Assembly (NCBI GenBank): GCA_021432655.1 | Contig: MU271193.1 | Span: 106,961-170,960 of the forward strand | Direction of reading: 5' to 3' | Source: Atractiella rhizophila | Taxonomy: Eukaryota | Length of the DNA stretch: 64,000 nt | In this document: positions 46,695 through 59,995 of the stretch, piece by piece | How the letters are laid out: every line of letters starts with the position of its first letter | Position numbering within the stretch: the first letter of the stretch is position 1 | The notes under the pieces: model-generated | What the model saw: only the letters and a program-made list of their open reading frames with translations | The model's database searches: none | What the model was told of the DNA's origin: nothing | Program-made: the position numbers and the translations under genes

Positions 46695-47899
46695 CTAGAA
46701 AGGAACGACCTTGTCTTCTGAGGCATCGATAAACTTACCCGAGTCGTTCAATGTAACCGTGTCAATCTTTTTAATAACCTTTTCGATAGCAGGGGTGGGT
46801 TCAAGAGGGGCCTGTTAAAACCGTCAACTAGAGCTTGGAATAAATCCATGGCGTACAATGTCTGCACCAGACCTGTAACGTGACGGGCAAAATTTAAATC
46901 CTGTCAAGCGTTTATTAGGAAGAGAGACTCACAGATTTGTTTTGATCCAGCCCTACGATAAACGCAGATAGTCAGTCACATGGTGTAGTTACTGAGAGAA
47001 TGATTTACAGGGGCAACGTTTAAAACAGTGATTCCATCTTTGTTCAGCTCGACCGCGTACTTTCTGGCTGCCATGTTAAGGGCTACTTTGGGTATTGAGG
47101 ACATACTCGTTTCGAAAAAGAAAGAAAGGGACGAACCGGCTTTCGAAACTGTGATCACGGTGTGAGTGTCTGATCCTAATGTAAATAAATGGATGGCAAA
47201 CAAAGCGTACCAGAATAAGGGCCAAAACTGCCGATCGAATTATCCATGGGATTATTAACGTCAACGTATGTGCAGGAGGCAAGCGTAGTCGAAATTAGGA
47301 TTATTTTCTTCTCGTTGCCCTTCTTAACCAAAGGAAGGAAAGAATTGACGGTCCTGATGCTTCCCACCACATTCACTTCGAACTGTTCTCCCGCTTGAAC
47401 TTCCTAGCAGACTGCAAAATTGGTAAGCGTACCAGGTTGGTGAAATCTCCCAGAGGCCCGGTGGAGAAAGGTTCCACGGCCATTTCATAGGCACCTCTCT
47501 GAGTAGTGCTAGGAGATGCTGCTCCGGCACTGAAGGAATTGCTTCAACTCAAGTCGAAAGAAGGAAATGGAAAGAGGTACTTAGCAATGAGAAGATCGAT
47601 ACCCTTCCCTGCAATGTTCTTCTCAACCTCCTCGACGGCGACCCTCATGCTGCTATCATCCGTTGTATCCCCTTTCACGAGCACAACATTCTTCCGTTCG
47701 GACGCAAGGGCTTGTAGTTTCAGAGACGAAAATGGGTTTCGCGAGAGCGCAATAACAAGATCATCCGGATTTCTCGATAGCTGACTGACAAACTCAAGCT
47801 GTGATGAGTCAACAGGTCACTGAACAATCTCATAGGTTCAAGCGCACTTACGCCCAATCCGCCAGATGTTCCGGTGACCAAGCTAATTCTACCAGTCAT
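46695..47899 (-). CDS. Short-chain dehydrogenase/reductase (SDR paralog 3), multi-exon
   Basis: MTGRISLVTGTSGGLG, GIDLLIAN, NVVGSIRTV, IILISTTLAS, YS|VSKA|ALNMAARK. Intron positions match paralog 2; stop TAG at 46695-46697. Confidence 0.85.
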
Positions 47900-48851
47900 T
47901 TCTACGTGTTAAGAGATATTGGGTTGTGAGTGTTGAGATGTTAAGAGTTCTGTAGGATGACATCTCGCCTTATATGGCCGCCGTCGTTACAGTCCGAATT
48001 GCTCCTGTGCGCAACTACCTCTCAAGCTTCTGCTCGGTGATGCAGGAAAGTGAGACCGTTGCAAACCGAGTTGCCATACTGCTAACGCTTTACTGGAGAC
48101 TGCCTGTTGACAAATCTCGACGCTTTGTCAAGTCATCATCAAAATCTTTTCTCGAACAGTCTCATTATGAGCCGACAAGAATCTTCCCGTTGTATGACTC
48201 TATTGCCACTGCGTAGTTTCAGGACGTCTAAATCTGTCGCCTCCGCCAGAATCCAGACCAAGACCTACTGAGGCGTGTCCTCTCTGCTCCCGCATCCTGA
48301 TCGAAATCTTTCTGTTCTGGCCGAAGTTCTTCCTTTGATTTTCGGCCCTGAAGAAGAGATCAGCTCAACAGTTTCAGGGAGGAACCATTCGGCAGGACGT
48401 GAGCAAGGCAGAATTGTCGCGGCATAAACTTACAAGCTTTGTTGCATGGTCGGTTGTGTGATAATCACCTGTTGACAACTGGAGCCATAACGAGAGCGTA
48501 AATATCGATTAGCGCATCGTCCGTTCACAAATAAGAGGGCTTAGAAGTAACCAGAGCTCGTTCTCAATATTCACCCAAAGCGCTCTCTATGACAATACGA
48601 GTGCTATTCGGTAGACTGGTCGCCGCTGAATTTTCGGCTACTTAGTGGAATCTTCTACCAAAAATCGAAACAAATAGATCACGGAATTGTCAAAATGTTG
48701 GTTCGGAACCGCGCTGAATAAATGAACCAGATTCTAGCTTTGTCTGATTATCGGAGGGGGGAGAAGGATTTGCAGTTTGAAATGAAATTGAGTCTGAAAA
48801 TTTGATCAACAGGTTAGTTGCGGCATGTGTCAACCGCTGGTCGGAAAGCTA

Positions 48852-51237
48852 CTAAAAACTCCAAATATCATCCGCTTCTGCCCCCTTCGAGGATGACGCT
48901 CTGACAAGTGCTCCAACTCTATCCTCAGCGAGGTGATAAGTGATGACATCTCCATTCTTGATGGCAAACTCCTCAATCGTTTGTCGTTCTTCGTTCCAAT
49001 CTTCTACCATCCTCACAGGTTTGATAAGCTGGACGTCGGGGTACGGAGGGGCGAGAGTAGGGGCTGTCGTCGTAGATATCGAACCATGGGATGTTTTTCT
49101 CTTGGTATACGGTTTGTGTAACAGGACACGGAGGAGGGTCCAATCCAGTGATGCTCTGAAAAACGTTTTATCAACACTATGCAATTGAGAAGCAGAGTGA
49201 AACGAGACCTTCCATTGAGCAGGAGAGACTGTATGAATCCAAACGCGGTCGTACGACACTTGGTCATAGACACGGGGATTGTTTCTGTCTTCGTAAATAT
49301 TCTGCTTGATCTGTCCCCCTACTCCAAACCCCATTGGTGGCTGTGGTGCCCATCCACCTCTCAGACGAAGGACAAGGCTGATGGTCGACTCCTTTTGAAT
49401 GTTGTAGTCTTTACTACTGTTAGCAATTAGGATACTCTGATCCAGCACCTACCTGAAAGCGTTCTTTCCTCTTCTAGTTGCTTTCCGGCGAAGATGAGTC
49501 GTTTGCTGATCTGGAGGGATGCCATGTACGTCACGTATCTTGAGTTTGAGATCCATTATGGTTTCCCAACTGCAAATACGTATTGTAAACGTCTGAGAGG
49601 TGAGGGTTTTGATGTAAACCGGCATTTCATTTGCTCTTGAGATCCTCTCATGCCGTGGTGCGGCTGGACGACAGTCGATCCAAATCTCGCTTCCTATTCT
49701 TCGCTTGTAGTCTCCAAGGGTTTTCAATAGATCTGAGGTCTTTAAACCTATCATGAAGCACTGTTAGGACATCATCTCGCAAAAGTATGACTGACGATGG
49801 CATCAGTCTCAGATATTCACCCTCCTTCACTTCTAGCTCCTTCGGTGTCTGCCAGATTTTGGCCAACATTCGTTCTGTTGACCAGAAGCTTCCAGCAACC
49901 ATGAGATTTGGGAAAGACATCAATCTGGATGCCACCCAGCTTCGCTTCACCAGTCAACTGTTCTTCAACGGTCTGACCGCTGCCTAAGGGGACTGCCACA
50001 AACTAATGCCGAATGTTAGCTCTACGTGGCCTGAACGAGCGGAAGTGAGCTGACTTGACGAACAACTCCATCTGCGTGCCTGACGCCATCGAGCCAAGGT
50101 TGACGTCCATGAAAGATGTAGTCTTGAGATTCGACTTGAAGACCTTCATCTAAATCCTGTGGTTTTCCAGATATTGCGTTGACACCTGAAACTAGCTGTA
50201 AAAATGGTCCCAAACTGTTGACGAGAAGTGCAGACCTCCAATCGAAACCTTGACGGCGAAATCTTTACTTTCCGCATAATTACGACCGAATGACATCCAC
50301 ATTGCCTCACACTGGTAGATAGGCTACGAAAATATTCTCGATCACCTCCTTCGTTCATGGGAAGAGAACGAACCATGAGATACCCCCCTCTTTTCAGCAT
50401 TGACTGCGGAACTCGAGAAGCAAACTTCCCAATAGGTTGAAGGGGAAAACTTCCTAAGCCCTGCCATATATCTAAGTAGGAGTAGATCGATCGAGAAAAG
50501 AAATCCTACAGCAGGTAAGGGATAGACCTTTCCATCGTCTGGGACCCTTAACGTTCGATGAAACGTGAGGTTGAAACCTCCACTCGTTTTGACCATATCA
50601 CCCTCTAGCTTTGAGGATGAGTAATTTCTCGATCCGTGAGGCGAGGACGACGAGGCGCGCAAGGAATGAGTTGATATGTAACTCTGTAGCCATGTCGAAA
50701 GACTCTCATCTCTTATTTTGACGTCAATAAATTCTCACGTTTGCGAACCCGAAAAACGTACTCAGCTATCGTCAAACCATCACTCGCAGAGGCATCGAAA
50801 TTTGATTTGTCGCTCACTCTGACGAACGATGAAAGAGCGTTGGAACGATCCGAAATCTCTGTTGAGAAATCCTTGCTCGGAGCCTGAGAAAAGGGGTAGA
50901 AACGAAAGTTTTCGAGCGCTGGACCAAATTCAATAGCATCAGAGAAGATGTATTATATAGCGTAACCAGTACCTTTCAAGTCCTTTTGTGGCAAAACACC
51001 GAGGAGAAGCTTGCCCCATGTATCCTCATCGAAGACTGTGGCCTGATCGACTTGTAGAGTCTGAACATCTTTCTCTTGCTGCCAACGTAGGGTTTCAGGC
51101 AGGTTCCGAAAGTGAACAGTTACAGTCGTGGATGGCGCGGTACTCGTAGCAGTTACAATCGAGGAGGGAGCGAGATATGCAACAGGCACAGTCGAGGTTG
51201 GAGCGAGATTTGTTGCCTTGTTATCTGACGGCTCCAT
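48852..51237 (-). CDS. Fungal protein with an internal ubiquitin-like domain ending LRLRGG; apparent 1-nt frameshift near 49503
   Basis: FHRTLRVPDDGKVYPLP, GVNAISG, QDY...QPWLDG, VRQFVAVPLGSGQTVEEQLTGE..GGIQ. Then the ubiquitin-like YIKTLT...GIPPDQQ-RLIFAGKQLE...DYNIQKESTISLVLRLRGG, followed by MGFGVGGQIKQNIYED. The 5' end is approximate. Confidence 0.75.
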
Positions 51238-53047
51238 CTTTATGATTGCTTGTTCGTCTGTAACTGGAAAGGCAAATCAGTAGCTGTTTGAGCAAGAATA
51301 CTGAAGCTCAAAAGTTGCTCCCCCTCTGAATGGAATCTGTGGGCGAGGATCATGACATGCGAAAGCGTCTGATGGCCACAATCCGCCTTGACCCACTCAA
51401 GTGGGACGCAAGAGCCGAGTCTCACCTGCACGTTCCTGAGAGCTGAAGCTCCCTTCCTCCTTCGCAGGTCCTTCTTGCATCTTCTTTCGTCTGGGGTTGC
51501 AGCAGAACATGGTTAATACTGGTTTAGAACGAGCTCGATGTTGGACAACAATCGGTGAGAGTGGTGGTTGTTGATGCAGCGAAGCGTTGACCCAGACGCA
51601 GCAGCAGTGGAATGACTCTTCGGCGATTGAGGGTGAAGTATATTGGACCTTGTAAAGCTATGCCGCGCTCTGAACGTTTATATGTCTAGGCTGATGATAG
51701 TACTGTCCTGCTTTCAGTCGCTGTCGCGGTGAGATAGAGAGGACGAACGAGAACCAGACAACCCAATAACCACCGAGACCCTGTCTAATCCCTGAACTGG
51801 TTGTACTACGTTCGTGCGTCTCTGTTGGTTCCTGCTCCAGTCTACCTCCACAGTTATAAGTTCGATGTGAGGGGAATGGGTGCGAGGGTTTATGTTTCAT
51901 GGGGCTATACAGCGTCATGAATGTTGGACTGAGGAGATGCGAGTCGTCTGGTAAACGGTATTGATAGATGGTACGATCATCTATATCCTGTCACACGCAC
52001 ATTAGCACGGGCGAATGGCGACGGAGGTGTCAAAGTAGTACTCACTTGCTGCAAGCTCCAAGAATACCAGAGGAACATTGCTAGAAAGAGACATCTTTGC
52101 CATGTCGTCCCCAACTCTCTGAGTTCCGCCTATCAATTGTGAAAGGCTATCCTGCAGTGCAAGAGCCACTGAAGATACCAACAAGCTGGCTCGTCTGGGA
52201 GAAGAATTTTGATGTGAGTGATGTCGTAGTACCCAGTTCTGCAAATACATCCTCCGCGTATCCTCATAGTTTTCATTAGCGAGGCATTTAGCATGTCGAG
52301 TGTCTAACCACGTATTCACAGTGTGAGTTCCTTGATCCTCTTGTCTGTCAGGTTTCTCTGTTCTCGCAGGCGGAAGGATTGATCGAGATCGAGGGATTCT
52401 GACTTCCCGGTCCAAACGACGAACCAGAGAGTTGCGCAGGTATTGGATACTTGAGCAGGAAGTAGAAAAGCGATAAAACGAGCATCCTAAACATAGGGAC
52501 TGTCGCATCGTCAGTCTTGTTTACGCGTTCACTTTGTGAGTAGCTCACTGTCACGGTGATGGAGGGGCTTTGTTGTGCTGTGAGGAATGTGTGATACTTC
52601 ACGAGGCGATGGCGGAAACCGGGATGGAAGCTACTCTCATTCGAGAATGGAAGAGCTTGAGCATGCTGAAATCACCACCCCACAGAAGTCTTGCGAATGT
52701 ACCGCAGGCTACTGAATTCTCCTGATACTCAAACGTTCCCAACCCGTGGTCAGTGGGCAGAGCATCATGCCCACTTGCATGTTAACCTGGAATCCCCTTA
52801 CACTTTCATTTACACCTTGGCTTTCCTAAATACTGGAGAGGTCAGGGAGCTTTTCGAGAGCAACTCTCCCACAGCCGCCCACCGTCCACTCGGTGTCGTT
52901 CTCAAGGCACTTTTCCACTTCCTATTAACAATGTGTTCTGTTGTCCGAAACTTCAGTTCTGAGCTTCCTGCACCCTATCTCATCTCTCTCTGCACTGCGG
53001 GTCCGTTCTGACCGTCGGTTCATCGCGCAGTAGTCGAGTACCGCAAG

Positions 53048-54495
53048 ATGGCCTTCCGCTCCTCTATCGCTCCTCATCTGAGCAATGTCACTTTCCAACT
53101 CGTTTCCCGCACCTCCCTCTTAGTAACTCCCTACCTCGCCTTCTCCCACCGACATGCCTCCACTTCTTCTTCCAAGCCTCGGCGCTCAATGCTTTACGGT
53201 TCGTCATCCTCTCTTTAACTAACCCAGGTAGCATCAGGATTCACGGAATTGCATGTATAGTACCAGGCTCAAATCCTCGCATGTTGGCTAAGTCAACGAC
53301 TACCGTAGCGGATGCAGTTTGCTACGACCTCGAAGACTCTGTGGCACATTCTGAAAAGCCATGGGCACGATCCGCTGTGGTTGAGTGCGTTTTCTCCCCT
53401 CTGTTCTTCTAACGAGAAGTTGACGATGAATACCGTCGTTTTGCTTGGTAGGTTCCTACAGGTTGGTTCTGCCCCGCTTTGATGGGACAGGCGCGGAACT
53501 GACCCGTTGGATTGTTGGAGAAAGGATCCAAAGGGAGAGTCTGAGAAGTTGGTACGCATCAATTCGGTGGGCACGCAATGGAGTGATGCAGACTTGGAGG
53601 CTGTCGTATGTCTCCTCAATTCCCCAATTGGCAAGTGCTAAGTATCATTTTTCAGTTAAAAGCAGACGCTTTAGAAGGTTCGGGCTTCATCACTCTACTA
53701 GGGATGAACATCTTGACGCATGGAAGCATAGGCATCGTTATTCCCAAAGTTCATTCGAAAGATGAAGTGGAACATGTAACGAAGTTAATAACCAAGCACA
53801 GAGGAGAGAATTCAGGACTCAAGCTCATTGCGAGTATCGAGAGCGCGAGAGCGGTCATAAATCTATCATCAGTGCGTTTACTTTATGTTCCCTATTTTTC
53901 TGATTTGAGGCAGGATAGATTTGCACCTCTTCACCATTGATCCAAGCGCTCTTATTCGCCGCTGAGGATTACTGCGCGGACACGGGAATCGTCCGTTCTT
54001 CAAATCTCACACCTATGCTCTACGCTCGGTCTGCCCCCTCTCTTCTTTACATGCTTAATCCCTAACATTCTCCCAAAGCTCAGCGATTCTGACACACGCG
54101 CGCGCATTCGGTCTTCAAGCGTTAGACCTAGTCTGCGTCAACTACAAAGACACAGAAGTGCTCCAGAAAGAATGTAAGGAGGGCAAAGAGCTTGGGTACG
54201 ATGGAAAACAGGCCGTTCATCCTTTACAGGTTCGTCCATCTGTTTTCTACAACCATCACTTCCTTACCGAACAACTCAGGTGGAAACGATCAACTCTCTT
54301 TTCTCACCGTCCCAAAAAGAGTTGGACCGCGCATTGGAAATCCTACGACTCAATCAGATGGCCGTCGAAGGGGGTAAAGGAGCATTTGGTATGCAAGGTC
54401 ATGGGGAGGGTGGAAGGGAGGAGATGATCGACGCCCCTATGTTGCTGCAAGCGGAGCGAGTTGTTGAGAAGGCACGTAGGGCTGGGATGATATAA
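53048..54495 (+). CDS. Citrate lyase beta-subunit-like (CitE/CLYBL, HpcH/HpaI aldolase family), likely mitochondrial
   Basis: Basic/Ser-rich N-terminus, then PRRSMLY|VPGS, YDLEDSV, VRIN, IVIPKV, IASIES, LLFAAEDY, GYDGKQAVHP and MIDAPM. Confidence 0.9.
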
Positions 54496-54752
54496 GGGCC
54501 TGGGTGATTAAACGGAGCAAATCTTTGTGTTCGAAAATGAGGCTGATAATGGTCAAATGCATTCCAGACTGAACACCGTAGAGGACTTCTCAGAAGTCAG
54601 CCGCAGTAAGATCTACTAATGTGCAGAGTTTAAGAATAAAACCTATTGTGAATGAAGGACGATGATACAGTGTGCATCAATAAACAGAGAATCCTTTCTA
54701 CAAAGCTAGAATCTGCAACCGATAACCCTTTGCAAAGGAAGTGCTTGAAAAC

Positions 54753-57700
54753 TTAGTTATGTTTGTGATGGTAGGCATAAGAATTGGAGTGATCGCTGTG
54801 ATCGTGCGAGTGGAAGTCGTGTTGGTGAGAATGGTGGCTGTTGTGGTCGGTGTGAGAATGGCCATGGTCATGATCAGCATGGGAGTGGCCGTGATCATGA
54901 TCATGATGCGCATGCGAATGGGATGAATGGTCGTGTTGCGCGTGTGAGTGGTCATGGTGAGCATGAGAGTGGGAGGAGTGGTCATGATGAGCATGAGACT
55001 GAGAGGAGTGGTCATGATGAGCATGCCCATGTGAGTGTGAGTGGTGGGAGGGATGGTCATCGTGCGAATGAGAGTGGTGATCGTGAGAGTGATCGTGCCC
55101 ACAACCATGAGGTTCCTCCTCTACGCCTCTGATGATCATGACTGTCAATTCGCCCCACAATCTTCCTCCTCCCTTTGCACCCATACCGGCAAAGCATCGC
55201 TCCCTCGCAAACCTCGTCACTTCCAAGACCTCCCGATCGCTCGTCTCCGGTTTGACATGTACTTTCATCGTTACAACGATAGGGGCGAACTCGTTTTGCT
55301 TGGTATTCGACCTGTCGTAAGATGTAAAGGAAGACTTGGAACCTGACTGCTCCACCTTCGTGTCGGACGATAGCTGCCAAATATTGGGCGGGGCAACGAA
55401 GAGAACAAGAGGGTGATTCTCGATCTTTTGTCATTCCCATTAGTTCGTCACGTTTGAAGGCATAGAATGAGGAAAGGGAACGAACATCGCGCAATCCACT
55501 CTTGAGCAGGTTCATTTGTCCACTCGCCATCTTCGGTGCAGTCTGTAGCAGAATCTTCCCGCTCTCAACAGCCGCCGGATATGCGACATAGAACATCGCT
55601 ATGGACTGAAGGAGAGCAACCACTTTATCGAGAGGTGCCAGCTGAACGCTATGTTTCATGGCCATCCCATCAGCAAGTCCTAAATCTGAAGTGCCATGAT
55701 GAAACTCACGGAGGAATGATCCAGCTTGCAATGGCTAAACCAGCACTGCCGGCTAAGACGAGAAGCGAATAAGGGTTGGAGAGAGAAGTGATTGCGGAGT
55801 CTAGTGCCGTTTGTTTTACGTTCGAAGGAGGGGTAGAGGACTGGCCAGAGCTCGTTGAAAGGGAAGAGTGGTTCTTCAGGAAGAGGGCGGTTGAGAGGCA
55901 CGCTCCAGTTGCGAGCATCAGAAGGGTCGTCGGGAGATTGATTCTATCACAAACGTCTCAGTATTTCCTTCTGACAGGTGGAAGGACAGGGAAAGATTTG
56001 AAATGCGCACCCGTCGTCATCATACATCTCATACTCCCGCTCCATAACTAACCTAACACCTTCTCCATGTCCCATAGCTCCATGCCCGCTACCATGACCC
56101 TCTCCGTCCTCTCCATGACCATGTCCATGTCCCAAGATTACATGCTCCATCGCCTCCTTACACACGTACACTGCGCTAAAGAGCAAATACACGCTCTGTG
56201 CAAAGTGACTGAGTGTCGGAAGCCTTCTGCTGCCAAACGGCAACCGCAAACTCTTCTCTACACTTTCCCTTCCCATGCCCAATACATCCCAAACCACATC
56301 GAACCCATCAATCACACCCTCAATTACCACTCTACTCCATCCTCCAATCGCATCAAACACAACCAAATATCCCAGCGCCGTAGTAGCCAACGATTCCCGA
56401 TCTTGTCCTGTTATCCAGAGAGAAGCACCGACAAAAATCTCCACCATGAGAAGGGTAAGGAGCAGGGTAAGCCGGAGAGGAGCGTGTAAGCCTATTGCTA
56501 AAAGCACGCGGATGGGAGACGGAAGGTGAGCGTATCTGCTGTGCAAAGAAACGGAAGAGACAGGCTTCGGCATGGTTGGTAGGATGGGGGTGGTGGATGA
56601 GTTGCGGGACATTGACATTGCTGGTGAATTGGGATATGGGACATGAGGGGATAATTCGAGGCCAGCCAAACTGCACAACAGCAATAAAAGCATTAACACT
56701 TTCTTCACCCATCAAAAGAAGAAGCAAAAGGACACACCTGTGGCTCAAAGAGTGCCTATGATGATGACCCCTCCGACCCGCCACTCCACTCCCAACACTT
56801 CTCTTACCACTCCCACCCATCATCATTGGAGTACTTCCAACAGCCGCACTTCCCACAAAATTAGACCTCGGCATACTCCAACTCCTAACATCCGCCCCAG
56901 GGGTTGTCGCTTCCTCAGCTTGCCCATAGCCTTCATCTTCATGCAAGACAGGCATCTCTTTCCCAGGCTGTGGGAAAAAGACAGACAAATTCCTCAAGTG
57001 GATCCGAGAATGCTTGCGTCGGTGGTCACGACCAGCTGCCGACGCATCAGAAGCAGAAATTTGAGGAACGGTGAAAGCGGCCGATGGTGTAGGGGTGGTA
57101 GGATCGAGATCTTCCTTCGGAAAATCGTTCTTTTGCGCGCTCGCAGAAGCGGGTGGCGTAATGGCATAGTCCTTAAAGTCGATCTGGGCCTGGTGGAACG
57201 CAGCCACGTTGAATGGCGTGCTGGTATTGGGCAGAGGCGAATAGCTCTCCCCTAAACCGGCCGACGACGAGTTTGGAGAAATGCCATCACTCTTCAAATT
57301 CACTTCAACCATCTCTCCTTCTTCCTCCGTTCCCTCAGCAATAGAAGCAAAATTTGCGGATTTATCTTGAAAAGGTTCAATTCCCCATCCAGCTGACACT
57401 GAGGGGTTGCGACGAGAGAAGGAGGATGAAGCTGTTGTTCCAGTTTCAGCTTCGACGGAGGACTGAGAGCCTGAAGTCGAAGTGGAAGAACGCGAGAAAG
57501 ATGCCTGCGGCGAGAAGCTAAAATCGTGTGCGGAGGAAGCGGACGAGCGATGAGTAGATGGAATTGGAGAAGAGGAAGGAGGTGGTTGCAATGAGAGGTC
57601 GGACATTATCTCTGCTGGTGATTCTGAGAGGATGGCGGTAGATGGAGAAGGAAGAGAGAGTTCTTGCGAGGTGGGTGAAGGAGAAGGTTGCGGTACTGGA

Positions 57701-58302
57701 GCTGGAGAAGGAGCTGGAGAAGGAGCTGGAGAAGGGACTGGAGAGGAAGAATCGACTTTAGTCCACGTCCCAGACATTCTCTTCCAGTGCTGTTGTGGAC
57801 CACCGAAATTGCGCGCAGTGCCTAAACCCAAACCTGCGCCGAAACTGCTGGACCGACCTAGACTACTGTCAAGGTAAAGCGAAGTAGGTCTCTTGGCACC
57901 TTCCTCGGTCTGCGAAGATGTCGAGCTGCTGGAGGAGCTGCGGCGAAGTGTCGGTGTGGGAGTCGCCAGCTTTCCTTTAATTTCTTGAAAAGTGGTTGGA
58001 GCAGAAGCGGAGAGCGGGGTTGTTATTGGAGTAGCGCTGCTTTCGGAAGCAGAAGAAGCAGAGGACGTGATGGACGAAGTTGAGGGACGTCGGTTGAGTG
58101 GTGAGAGAGTGTGTTCGGTGTTGGACGCAGTAGAGGAAGTAACGATCGTCGGTAAGACTTCTTCCCACTCTTTTACGAGGCTTTTGACTCTATCGATCCA
58201 CCAAACCCAATGAACTCTTCTGGCCACGCCATATGCAGTCTAAGTGAATGGAAAGACGAACCTTCTATGTGATTTTGTTACTTTTTGTTCGGAATCAGCC
58301 AT
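54753..58302 (-). CDS. Cation diffusion facilitator (Zn transporter, Zrg17-like) with disordered N-terminus and His-rich C-tail
   Basis: HRRKHSRIHLRNLSVFFP and RRGHHHRHSLSH. Transmembrane segments include LGYLVVFDA, PFGSRRL..L.HFAQSVYLLF..VYVCKE..EH and ILLQTAP. The start exon (ATG 58302) is tentative. Confidence 0.82.
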
Positions 58303-59476
58303 CAGTTTCCCTCGGTTGAGAGCATCCCACTAACGTTGAAAGTCTTTATACCCCAGCTAACAATCCTACAGAACAACCTGTAAAGGGTGGGATTGAGGGA
58401 AAAGCTCGGCGAGGCTTGCCTATTTCGGATGATTGTGTTGTTTATAGTTTATCTGACTCCCCCTTCATTCACAATAGCTTTATAATAAATCCAAGCAATG
58501 CCATTTCTCGAAATCGCTCGAGAAGGGTTAGGGGAAAGGGTTAGAGGAAAGGGTTAGGTGCACTTTTTTTGATAGTAAAGTACGTGTTTCTAGGTGACAC
58601 CTTGTAAGAATTAGAGAACGTTCCGCGTCTTTCAGCTCTGTTGAATACTGAGGCCTGTTCTGCGTTACGTTTATCACATATTATCACCCTGCTTTATGAT
58701 CATAAATTGTTTGGCAAGTTGCACGAGCTGGATGCAATACAACTAGTACTACCCAACCACGATCCAGCTATAATTGGTTCGTCATGTTTTCATATTGAAC
58801 ATTCAACTATCAAGGATGTGTAGATTCATACCTTGAGGAGAAGCGCGCAATCTGTGCGGACTTCAGCCGCATTTTTGTAGGCCGTTTAGGTTATAACAGG
58901 GAGAAGGTGTAGTCGGATTCTGGTTGGAAGCAAGTTCTTATTCTAGGTCCACCTTCTGTGCTCAGATATTGTCCAAGCATCGATGTATGACCGTATGACC
59001 GGAGATACACAGAAGGGGCTGGAATGTGGACAGGGGTACGGACGTCAACCACCCTCCTTGGGTCTGCCCAATCTGTCCAGGACACAGATTCTCCTATCTG
59101 TTGATGTACTCTCAAAAAGTCACCAGAACACTGTGCGAAACGAATGATGTTCACGAGAGTGATATAGATGGTCTCAACACTTCGAGCTGCTCCCATGACC
59201 AGGATAGCGAGACCATGCCTTGCCGTTCACGTTCTCTTCAGATCCTCTGTGTTCTGAGCAATTCGAAGCCCGGGCCTCTATGGCGTTGCGCCGCGCCTCA
59301 GAACTGAGTGAGATTTGGTGATCATCTACTGAGTTGAGAATCAGGAGCTAAGCAAGAGACTCTTGATCATGAACTCCTTCAAAAGCTCTCTAATCGATTC
59401 AATGGCACACTTTACCTTGATGCAGGGACGGCGCTCTCAATCTCATCTCTGATCAATTCCTCAAGGTGAAAGTCGC

Positions 59477-59995
59477 TTGTCAGACCTGGTCATACTTTAC
59501 TCCCATTTTCCAGCCAGTGGAATCCGCGAATTCCTCGACACTGTCACTCGAAAGCATCGTCTTGGAGTTGGTCGAAGATTGCTCGTGCAGATGAAGCCAT
59601 TCTTCGGAGACTGTGAATTCTCCAATTCCTGGTTCGCAGAAGCCCTTGGGATGTTCCGAGCTTCACAAGTAAGGTCACCCGTCAGATCGTTCAACAATAG
59701 GTACAGCAGACGCTCCAGATATCTGCTTCAGTACGACCCTTCAAGATCTGGAATGGTGTTCAACGCTTTTTGCTTACGGGATGGCATTCTAGTTGACCTT
59801 CGGATCATTGATCAAGACGATGCGCCAGAATCTCTCTTCTTTTGGGAAATTTTGAGGGGGGAAAGCCGTGATCGTCACTTCGCTCCTTTGAATATCTGGG
59901 ACAGATTGAATGGGATGCACAACCGGGAGAGACGTAATCCAGTTATGTTGCACTTTTGGGTTCTGCGTAGTGCAAATATACCCTTAAATTTGTAG
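59477..59995 (+). CDS. Possible exon(s) of a hypothetical protein
   Basis: 172-codon open frame with protein-like composition; no recognisable family. Confidence 0.25.
   Translation: MSDLVILYSHFPASGIREFLDTVTRKHRLGVGRRLLVQMKPFFGDCEFSNSWFAEALGMFRASQVRSPVRSFNNRYSRRSRYLLQYDPSRSGMVFNAFCLRDGILVDLRIIDQDDAPESLFFWEILRGESRDRHFAPLNIWDRLNGMHNRERRNPVMLHFWVLRSANIPLNL

Noticed and set aside
51440..52602. Possible minus-strand multi-exon gene
   Set aside because: Only short ORFs with no recognisable motif; no convincing exon chain could be built.
58520..58558. Telomere or interstitial telomere array
   Set aside because: The motifs are not contiguous (TTAGGG)n; kept only as a possible promoter motif.
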